Shown here: positions 56,694 to 64,000 of the stretch, one piece after another | Position numbering within the stretch: the first letter of the stretch is position 1 | Layout of the letters: each line of letters opens with the position of its first letter | DNA from: a virus | Taxonomy: Duplodnaviria; Caudoviricetes | IMG/VR virus record: IMGVR_UViG_2903352716_000007 | Location: 19,591-83,590 of that record | Length of the DNA: 64,000 bases | Reading direction: 5' to 3' (one strand) | Program-made: the position numbers and the translations under genes | The notes under the pieces: generated by a model | What the model saw: only the letters and a program-made list of their open reading frames with translations | What the model was told of the DNA's origin: nothing | Databases searched by the model: none

Positions 56694-57772
56694 TAATTCC
56701 GCTCGCTCAGTTCAGCCAGTATCTCGTCACGCACCGGGTCAAGTGCGAAGTAAACGCCGCGTACAATGCTTGTTTCCGGGTAGTCTGGAATGAAAACCAC
56801 ATCATGCCAGTCGGCTGTGTAATCCGGCATATCATGCAGTTTTCCACCAATATAGTTTGCACCGCCGCCTACCAACAACAGTGCATCAACATCACGCATG
56901 TTTCTGTGAACCTTGCGGATATCGGCGCGAATAATTTCAGCCAATTCACTCGCGGCCTGGCTGATAACGCTCGTTACATCAATGCGCTTGTTGCGCGCGG
57001 CTTCCAGGCGGGAGCCGATGTAACCCTGACGGATGATCGTATCAATGCTATCGATGTTGAGGTCTTTGGCATTGATATTCTTCCCGCTGGTGGCCTCAAA
57101 CTCCTGCAACAGAGCGTGAACCCGTAAAATCATGCGATGGATGCCGTTCTCTGACGTTCTACGGCTAATCACTTGCATATCCTTATCCACGACCGCCATG
57201 TCGCACGTGAAGCGGCCTAAATCGACCACGAGGACGCTTTCAGCCTCAGCCAGATCAGGAATGTCATTCTGCGCGGAAATCAGTGCAGGGACGGCTTCAG
57301 GAAATACTTCAACGTGCGCAATGCGCGGGGGAGTGATATCACCGTTGAAATTGCGAACGGGTATCAAAAGGTTGTCGGCTTTGGCCTTAATGCGGGAACG
57401 GTCAATTTTGCCGATATCAGAATAGAACTGATTCACTGGGAGTGTTTCGGCGACAATCACGTCGCACCCATCCAGGCCAGCACGTACCAGCGCTTCGTTT
57501 ACCAGTACGCGGTGTGCTGCGCTCACCTGATAGTCAGGGTCGCAGGTATCAACCAGGTCGGCCCCCTGATTCACCACAACATAACTGCGTTCGCGCCCTG
57601 CATCGGTGGTCAACCATGAGGAAGAGGTTTCACTGGAAAGCGTCTGCTGGTTGCCAGACCGGATCAGAGAAGGGGTGATGTATGTTTCCATCTGGCCATC
57701 ACGTTCGAACGTCAGCGCAACGTTACCGGAACCTGCATCCACTGCAACGAAAGTATAGTTTTTATTGGTCAT
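56693..57772 (-). CDS. parM: ParM/StbA actin-like partition ATPase
   Basis: AVDAGSGNV, VFPEAVPA, VVDLGRFTCD, LLVGGGA actin-fold motifs. Confidence 0.9.
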   Translation of the reverse strand: MTNKNYTFVAVDAGSGNVALTFERDGQMETYITPSLIRSGNQQTLSSETSSSWLTTDAGRERSYVVVNQGADLVDTCDPDYQVSAAHRVLVNEALVRAGLDGCDVIVAETLPVNQFYSDIGKIDRSRIKAKADNLLIPVRNFNGDITPPRIAHVEVFPEAVPALISAQNDIPDLAEAESVLVVDLGRFTCDMAVVDKDMQVISRRTSENGIHRMILRVHALLQEFEATSGKNINAKDLNIDSIDTIIRQGYIGSRLEAARNKRIDVTSVISQAASELAEIIRADIRKVHRNMRDVDALLLVGGGANYIGGKLHDMPDYTADWHDVVFIPDYPETSIVRGVYFALDPVRDEILAELSERN

Positions 57773-57907
57773 GACTTAATTCCTATTTGGTAATTTCAAA
57801 GTAATAAATCGCAAAGGAAATGTATCACACGGCCTCAAAAAGTCCATATTAAAGGGACGTTTAAATATTGATTGGGCGTAAATTGTCCTTATCGTAAGCA
57901 CAAAACG

Positions 57908-57978
57908 TGATCATGTTTTTGTGTGGGATTGAAGTGATCAAAAAAGTGATCAAAAAAAACTGATCAGTCGCGTGATCA
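57908..57978. repeat. pac-like TGATCA hexamer cluster
   Basis: TGATCA at 57908, 57935, 57947, 57961, 57973, with more at 58208, 58360, 58487 inside pacA; P1 pac uses Dam-methylated TGATCA/G hexamers. Confidence 0.7.
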
Positions 57979-57982
57979 CTCT

Positions 57983-58003
57983 AAAAACCAGACCGCCTAT
58001 CCT
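57983..58003 (+). promoter_or_regulatory. Late promoter (terminase operon)
   Basis: AAAAACCAGAC-cgcc-TATCCT. Confidence 0.65.
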
Positions 58004-58034
58004 CGCGGTAGTGTGGTTTTTAGCGGTAGGCGGC

Positions 58035-59255
58035 ATGGCAAAGATAGATTGGCATTGGCACAGGGAAAACTATAGAAAACATAAGCTTGAGTCTGGTGTG
58101 ACTTACAAGGAGTATGCCGATCACCACTCCCTTAACCCGAATACCGCGCGTCGAGAACTGAGCAAAAAGACAGGTGACGAGCCGCAGGAACCTACCGCAC
58201 CGGCACGTGATCAGACTGATGATCTGACCATCAGGAAAAGAGGGCGAAAACTCAAGCACAGCAAGGAGTTAGAGGAAATCACCGCGCAGGATGAGCGCGG
58301 CGAAACACGGGCGCCCACCAAAAATAAAAAAAATAATTCCAAAGGCACACACGCCAAAATGATCAAAAACGTACATGAGGGGGAAGTGATCCCGCATGTA
58401 CCGAAGCCACGGGGTAAGGGCAAGCAATTCGAAGACGGTAACGAGGTGAAAGTTGTCGCCAACCTTCGAGGCAAACCCCGGGTCGTTGATCAGGATGCCG
58501 CCGTTCCGTTGCTGGAGGCCGGGCTGGAAGAGTGCGAAGTCGCCACGGTGCAAAGCGCCGTTGAGCATATGAAGCTACTGCAGCGCACAACAACCAGAGC
58601 CGTTGCCCTGTTTGAAGACGAAATCTCCAACATGATCGCTGGAGGGGGCAAGGACCAAGACGACGACAAACCATCCGGCCCACACCCCCTGTTAAAGATG
58701 ACCAAACTGCTGATAGAAGTCGGTTATCGAATGGATGACCACGCCACACGTATCAGCTCCATCCGTTCCTCACGTGAAAAGCTACGGATTGACCGGCAAA
58801 AGCTCGATGCCAAAGCGTTAGAAATGGAGGTCATTGCAAATGCCTATGCGCTGCGTGACGAAAACGAGTGGGACACCGCGCAAACTGCCGAATTTATCGA
58901 ACGCCACGGGGTAAAACTGCCCGACTCAATAGCCCTTCGACTGGCTAAGGAAATCAGGGAGGCCGAGCCTGAAGTGGAAGACACCGGCGCTGTAGATGAT
59001 GACCAGTTAGAAGAAGAGGCACGTCTCTACCGCGCGGCACAGGCCGAAAAAGAGAAGTTTATACGGTCCCGCCGGGAATCCGTCGCCAGGATAGTTGATA
59101 CCCACGGGTACGGTGACACCAACAATGACGGCATCAGGCGAGAAGGGGAGTTTGAGGCGGATGAAGAGGGGCTGGACATTGATTACGACGCCACACGTGA
59201 ATTGTATGGCGATGAGGATGAGATCCCCATAGCGGCCCCGGAGGACGATGAGTAA
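58035..59255 (+). CDS. pacA: Terminase small subunit
   Basis: Start ATG 58035 (MAKIDW) downstream of the late promoter; HTH YKEYADHHSLNPNTARR; coupled to pacB. Confidence 0.85.
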   Translation: MAKIDWHWHRENYRKHKLESGVTYKEYADHHSLNPNTARRELSKKTGDEPQEPTAPARDQTDDLTIRKRGRKLKHSKELEEITAQDERGETRAPTKNKKNNSKGTHAKMIKNVHEGEVIPHVPKPRGKGKQFEDGNEVKVVANLRGKPRVVDQDAAVPLLEAGLEECEVATVQSAVEHMKLLQRTTTRAVALFEDEISNMIAGGGKDQDDDKPSGPHPLLKMTKLLIEVGYRMDDHATRISSIRSSREKLRIDRQKLDAKALEMEVIANAYALRDENEWDTAQTAEFIERHGVKLPDSIALRLAKEIREAEPEVEDTGAVDDDQLEEEARLYRAAQAEKEKFIRSRRESVARIVDTHGYGDTNNDGIRREGEFEADEEGLDIDYDATRELYGDEDEIPIAAPEDDE

Positions 59256-60766
59256 TGGCTTCCGGGAAGAAGAAAATCAAATGCGTCACGTCCGATCCGC
59301 GCTGGCGTGACATGGCGGTTCGCTACCGTCATGACTGGGGGCTGGCGGTCGTTGAATTGTTCGGGATGCAACCGAGCTGGCAGCAGGACGAAATTCTGGA
59401 GTCAGTTCAGAAAATCAAGAGCATGACTACCGTCACGTCAGGGCATGGTACGGGTAAGTCATCCCTGACCGCTATGATGCTGATGATTTACATGATCCTG
59501 TATCCGGACGCGCGTGTGGTCATCATCGCGAACAAAATCGCGCAGGTTAAGTCTGGCGTCTTCAAGTATGTGAAAACGTTTTGGGCAAACGCCGTCAAGC
59601 GTCACCCCTGGCTGCAAAACCACTTTGTACTGACCGACACCATGTTCTACGAAAGAAGCCGTAAGGGTGTGTGGGAAGTCCTCTGTAAAGGTTATCGCCT
59701 GGGTAATGAAGAAGGGCTGGCGGGTGAGCACTCCAAACACCTGCTAATCATTCTGGATGAAGCGTCCGGTATCTCTGACAAGGCGATCGGCGTCCTGACC
59801 GGCGCACTGACTGAAGCCGATAACCGTATGCTGATGTTGTCACAGCCTACGCGCCCAAGCGGTTACTTCTACGATTCCCACCACAGCCTGGCGAAGACGG
59901 AACATAACCCTAAAGGGATCTGGACGTCGATTGTTCTCAACTCCGAAGAATCACCGTTCGTAACCGACGACTTCATTATTATGAAGCTGGCGGAGTACGG
60001 CGGTCGTGACAGCATGGAGTACAAAATCAAGGTGCTGGGCCAGTTCCCGTCCGTGATAGATGGCTTCCTGTTAGGGCGTGACGCCTGTGAACGCGCGCAG
60101 CGCCGCAAGGTGTATCTGGAGAAAAACTGGGGCTGGGTGGCGCTTGCTGACGTCGGTAACGGTCGAGATAAGTCTGTACTCAACATTATGAGGATTAGCG
60201 GATACCGGGAGAAACGGCGCTTTGTTCCGTTCATGGTGCTGGAAATGCCTGGCACAATGAACCCTACCGAGTTCGGCGACTTCATAGCGAACGAATGTAC
60301 ACAAGAGAAGTTCCCCAACATCACTATTGCCGTGGATGGCGACGGCGTGGGGTCGGCGACGGCTGACCGGCTGGAGCGCAGGGGGGTGAACGTGATCCGC
60401 ATCCGTTGGGGTAAACCTATGTTCGCCAAAACAGACAAGGATCGCTTTGTCAGCCAGCGCGCCTACGCCAACATCGCAGCGCGTGACGCTATCCAGTCAG
60501 GGCGTATGAGGCTGGACTCATCCCCGAAAACAGCAGAACAAGCCGCTAAAATTCCGTGGAAGATTAACGAAGACGGGCGCGTGGCGATGATGAAAAAAGA
60601 CTACATGCGCCAGAAGATGAACATCAAATCGCCTGACCGCTGGGACACGTATTGTTTTGCTACGTTGGTAACGTATCGACCGGCTAATGATGATATTGGC
60701 GGAGATATGGAAGAGACGCGCGCAGACGCACTGGCAGAACTGGCTCAATATGATGATGTGATCTAA
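59255..60766 (+). CDS. pacB: Terminase large subunit
   Basis: Walker A SGHGTGKS, Walker B IILDEASG, nuclease motifs LADVGNG, VDGDGVG, SPDRWD. Confidence 0.93.
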   Translation: MASGKKKIKCVTSDPRWRDMAVRYRHDWGLAVVELFGMQPSWQQDEILESVQKIKSMTTVTSGHGTGKSSLTAMMLMIYMILYPDARVVIIANKIAQVKSGVFKYVKTFWANAVKRHPWLQNHFVLTDTMFYERSRKGVWEVLCKGYRLGNEEGLAGEHSKHLLIILDEASGISDKAIGVLTGALTEADNRMLMLSQPTRPSGYFYDSHHSLAKTEHNPKGIWTSIVLNSEESPFVTDDFIIMKLAEYGGRDSMEYKIKVLGQFPSVIDGFLLGRDACERAQRRKVYLEKNWGWVALADVGNGRDKSVLNIMRISGYREKRRFVPFMVLEMPGTMNPTEFGDFIANECTQEKFPNITIAVDGDGVGSATADRLERRGVNVIRIRWGKPMFAKTDKDRFVSQRAYANIAARDAIQSGRMRLDSSPKTAEQAAKIPWKINEDGRVAMMKKDYMRQKMNIKSPDRWDTYCFATLVTYRPANDDIGGDMEETRADALAELAQYDDVI

Positions 60767-60798
60767 TGGCAGGGGGCTGGTGGCCCCCTGTCAGGTGT

Positions 60799-61833
60799 TC
60801 AGTCTTTATTGATGAGAATGTTGAAATTCTTACCGCGACGGCTGCGGGTATCGCCAAACATGGAGCGCAACTCTGTGATGGAAAGGACGTTGTTATTATC
60901 AGTCGCAAATTTTCGCTCAAGTAATTTGCGATCTTCTTCTGTTAACAAATCCAGTTTACGCCGCCCCGCCTCTATCGAACGGTTGGCTTTTTCTATTTCA
61001 GCCTCAGTTTTCGCTTTAGCCAGTTTTGCTTTTGCTCGCCTTTCGAAATGCGTAATACGGCTTAGTATTGATTGTTCCACAATGGTTTTTTGCGCGGCTT
61101 TAGCCTCTGCAATTTCTATTTGGTCAATGCCGTATATATCGCCTACCGTAAATATTGAGCACTTCAGAGGCTTAATCAGACTGTATTTGTTAAAGTATTC
61201 AGTCTTAGGTTCATGAGATATTTTTATATCTTCTTTTACCCATGCAGGATGATAAATCATGACACCATGCGCACCGCAACGGGCGCGAACTGGCTCAACT
61301 TCCCCTTTGAAAACAATATCTAACAACGTGTCTTGATACCCACTAACTCGGTATCTAAATTTGTGTCCTTCAGGGTATGCCGCGAACGTTTCCATTTCTT
61401 CTTTCAGGGCTTTAACCGCTTCTGTAGTGTGCGGAAACTTCATCAGCTTTTTAATCTGTTTTTCATAGCGAGTAAGCAAGTCCTCGCGAGTATGTGTACA
61501 TGTTGTTGCTGCATTAAAAAACCCAATAGCCACAGACACTGGTTCAATGATTAACATTGGAACCGGTGAATAAATGGAAGTAGATATCGCAATGCTTTTG
61601 TTCTTTTTCATCTCAGTAGCGAGTTCAGCAAACTTCTTCCACCGAATATGTAAATCAACGGCCTTATTAAAAGTTGCCTCATCGTTTGAAAATGCGATAG
61701 GCCGAATCTTTTCGTCCTTTGCATTCCTGCTGTGACAGATGGCGAGAGAATCAACCAGTTGCAGCCAGTCTTTTTTGGTCTGCAAAAACAACTTGTACTG
61801 CTGCTCAAACATCACGTCATTAAACGCTGGCAT
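60799..61833 (-). CDS. c1: C1-like primary repressor with C-terminal extension
   Basis: YPEGHKFRYRVSGYQDTLL aligns with recalled P1 C1 YPEDEKFRMRVHGFSETML; convergent with pacB as in P1. Confidence 0.8.
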   Translation of the reverse strand: MPAFNDVMFEQQYKLFLQTKKDWLQLVDSLAICHSRNAKDEKIRPIAFSNDEATFNKAVDLHIRWKKFAELATEMKKNKSIAISTSIYSPVPMLIIEPVSVAIGFFNAATTCTHTREDLLTRYEKQIKKLMKFPHTTEAVKALKEEMETFAAYPEGHKFRYRVSGYQDTLLDIVFKGEVEPVRARCGAHGVMIYHPAWVKEDIKISHEPKTEYFNKYSLIKPLKCSIFTVGDIYGIDQIEIAEAKAAQKTIVEQSILSRITHFERRAKAKLAKAKTEAEIEKANRSIEAGRRKLDLLTEEDRKLLERKFATDNNNVLSITELRSMFGDTRSRRGKNFNILINKD

Positions 61834-62170
61834 TGTGTGATTGTCCTTTTGGTTGTACTAACACGTTCTTACCCACTTGCTACCCACATTGAAAGTAATC
61901 AACGAACACGGTAAAGCCTTAGAAAGACAGCGATCTCAATAAAGCCACACTTCAAGCACCTTACGTGTCCCATCGCCTGGCAGGTGATCACTTCAACGGA
62001 TCACTCATATGAGGTGGGTAACACTACGACGAACCGGAATCTTGTCGCCCTCATCCTGAGTTGGCTAATTCGTGAGGTCTGTCATAGGGTACATACTAAA
62101 GCAAAGCTTTCCCTTTATATATACTTTTGATTCTAAGCTCACTCACGTTTAGGCCAAATCTGATAAAAAA

Positions 62171-62204
62171 ATAACTATAGATAATGGGAGTTATATAAAG
62201 TTAC
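62171..62204. other. lox/rox-type recombination site
   Basis: ATAACTATAGATA-ATGGGAGT-TATATAAAGTTAC, 13-8-13 with 10/13 arm symmetry, 175 bp upstream of the recombinase. Confidence 0.8.
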
Positions 62205-62379
62205 GTGCTATGATCGCTCAAACGGGTTATTTAAGTGATCATTTTAGTAGCCTGTAGAGATTTGAGTCGCATTGCCTTGCCAGCGACTCTATTTTTTACG
62301 CACGACACCGTTTCTTAGAAAACATGTATTTCAGTTGGAGGCCGCGCGGCACAGCCGAGCGTTATCAAGGAGGTCATAG

Positions 62380-63405
62380 TTGAACAATCTGAGTATTACA
62401 GACATGGTTTCGCGTTTTCCTGAACTTACGGGGGTTACGCCGGAAGAAGTAGCGCAAAATCTGCGCAACTTCATGGCAGATAAGGAGGCGTACTCAGAAA
62501 ACACGTTTAAAAAGCTTATGTCCGTTGTCCGGGCGTGGGTTCCGTGGTGCCAGCAAAAGCAGATCCCCGCGTTACCGATACTGCCGGAATACGCCAGGGC
62601 GTATTTTCTTGAGCTGCACGAAGCTGGCATGGCATCCACCAGCATTACTAATCATTTTGCGATGCTTAACATGTTAGCCAGGATAACCGGACTTCCCGAT
62701 CTCACCAACAGCAACGAAGTCCAGTTGGCTATGAAGAAAATCCGGCGCCAGGCCGTGCTCGGCGGAGAAAAAACCGGACAGGCCGTCCCGTTCCGGCTCG
62801 CCGACCTGCAGTTAGCCAGTCACCTTTTGTCCCAGTCCGACCGCCTTGCTGATTTGCGCAACCGCGCGTTCCTTTACGTTGCCTACAATTCGCTGCTGCG
62901 TATTCAGGAAATTGCCCGTATCCGGGTGAAAGATTTATCCATCAACGATGAGCGGATCATCATGGACATTTCACACACGAAAACGGTCGTTACCGCCGCC
63001 GGTGTTATCAAACATTTGAGCGTTCCCGCCAGTAATGTGCTGAAACTTTGGCTCAATGCCTCGGAGCTGGTCAGCCATCCCGACGCGGTAGTGTTTTGCC
63101 GGGTATTCAAAAATGACCGGGTTCAGATCTCAACAACCCCTATGACCACGCCATCACTGGAGAAAATCTTCCAGGATACCTGGCGGTTACTGGACAAACC
63201 AATACAAACAACGAACAAGGGACGCTATCAAATGTGGTCCGGTCACAGCGCGCGGGTCGGCGCGGCACAGGATATGGCTGAACGCGGGGTGAGTATGGCG
63301 CAGATCATGCACGAAGGAACATGGTCAAAACCAGAGACGGTAATGCGCTATTTACGCCGCCTGAAAAACGAAAACAGCGCAATGAGTGACATTATGGAAC
63401 GGTGA
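62380..63405 (+). CDS. cre: Cre/Dre-family tyrosine recombinase
   Basis: AYSENT, RNRAFLYVAYNSLLRIQEI, HTKT, WSGHSARVGAAQDM, GTWSKPETVMRY; closer to recalled Dre than Cre. Confidence 0.93.
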   Translation: MNNLSITDMVSRFPELTGVTPEEVAQNLRNFMADKEAYSENTFKKLMSVVRAWVPWCQQKQIPALPILPEYARAYFLELHEAGMASTSITNHFAMLNMLARITGLPDLTNSNEVQLAMKKIRRQAVLGGEKTGQAVPFRLADLQLASHLLSQSDRLADLRNRAFLYVAYNSLLRIQEIARIRVKDLSINDERIIMDISHTKTVVTAAGVIKHLSVPASNVLKLWLNASELVSHPDAVVFCRVFKNDRVQISTTPMTTPSLEKIFQDTWRLLDKPIQTTNKGRYQMWSGHSARVGAAQDMAERGVSMAQIMHEGTWSKPETVMRYLRRLKNENSAMSDIMER

Positions 63406-63484
63406 TAATCATAATTCTAAGGCTTTTATTTGTTGTAACGTGACTGTTATTAGGACAGAATCGGACACGCACCAGGGAGGTGTT

Positions 63485-63811
63485 ATGTCGGGTTCTGTTC
63501 TGCTTCACAGGCACTTTGTAATTGACCATCACAAGATTAGTTTTACTGCTGGCATCAAGTGCAACCGTGCCGTTGTCGTGTTTGGTGTAGCCACTCAATC
63601 CGAAGTAACCCCCCTCCTGACGCTTGAAAAAGAGTACCCGGACAGTCACGCCGCTTGTCAGTACGTAGAGCGAGTGACCGAAACGGCAGCGCGCAAGCTA
63701 CTGGCTTACTACCAGCAGGAACATCAGCCTATCGTTGACCGCATCAGCGCCGTGTTTTCCGGGCAGTTAAGACTGGAATACTCCAGCCGTCACAAACCTG
63801 TATCGAGATAA
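63485..63811 (+). CDS. Hypothetical protein after the recombinase
   Basis: Likely ATG 63485 after GGGAGG SD. Confidence 0.6.
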   Translation: MSGSVLLHRHFVIDHHKISFTAGIKCNRAVVVFGVATQSEVTPLLTLEKEYPDSHAACQYVERVTETAARKLLAYYQQEHQPIVDRISAVFSGQLRLEYSSRHKPVSR

Positions 63812-63813
63812 GC

Positions 63814-64000
63814 ATGTCCGTATCGTCAAACGTCGTGCGCCTGTTTGTAGCCGTCGCAAGCGCCCATGACATTAATGATCCCGTCGGCACCTATACCAAT
63901 GGCTCATATGTAGATTCATACAGTGGGTACTACTTCGGCCCTGACATTTTTCAGCACCCCAAGACGCTGGCAACGCTGGTTAAACACGGGGTTATTGAGT
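63814..64000 (+). CDS. Hypothetical protein, runs off the window end
   Basis: Open frame MSVSSNVVRLFVAVASAHDINDPVGTY... to the end of the window. Confidence 0.6.
   Translation, partial: MSVSSNVVRLFVAVASAHDINDPVGTYTNGSYVDSYSGYYFGPDIFQHPKTLATLVKHGVIE

Noticed and set aside
61834-62170. coi/imc-like small genes between c1 and the lox site
   Set aside because: Only very short ORFs without recognisable similarity
1-64000. tRNA, rRNA, IS elements, resistance genes, res/mod, phd/doc, ban, ssb
   Set aside because: None recognised here; roughly a third of a P1-sized genome lies outside the window, so genome-wide absence cannot be claimed

Overview
The window is about two thirds of a P1/D6-like phage-plasmid (temperate myovirus kept as a plasmid) from an enterobacterial-type host. 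Left end: 5' part of repA with a P1 oriR-like origin (five iterons, GATC cluster, DnaA box), then a previously unannotated locus of two small hydrophobic peptides plus a divergent ~90-nt RNA that looks like a type I toxin-antitoxin module. 1.7-12.2 kb: accessory/early genes (HEPN-zinc-ribbon protein, SOS-boxed UmuD'-like gene, degenerate HNH, ASCH, Ea-like ORFs). 12.3-30.1 kb: capsid, sheath, tube, tape measure, baseplate and one tail fibre with no invertase; a 39-unit phased 8-bp array sits inside this block. 30.2-49.7 kb: holin pair, Dar antirestriction genes, an NlpC/P60-type endolysin, repL with an antisense-RNA/minigene leader, prohead protease, portal, darB, ulx. 50-57.8 kb: VRR-NUC nuclease, Tad2/DUF2829-like ORF, lipoproteins, an alpha-CTD-like protein, an alpha/beta hydrolase moron and a ParM/ParR partition pair. 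57.9-64 kb: pac-like TGATCA cluster, terminase, C1-like repressor, a rox/lox-like site and a Cre/Dre-like recombinase. A new late-promoter motif (10 copies), a candidate repressor operator and a candidate prohead-protease cleavage motif were read from the sequence. All assignments come from motifs, synteny with P1 and recalled sequences; no database search was run, and absences refer only to this window.
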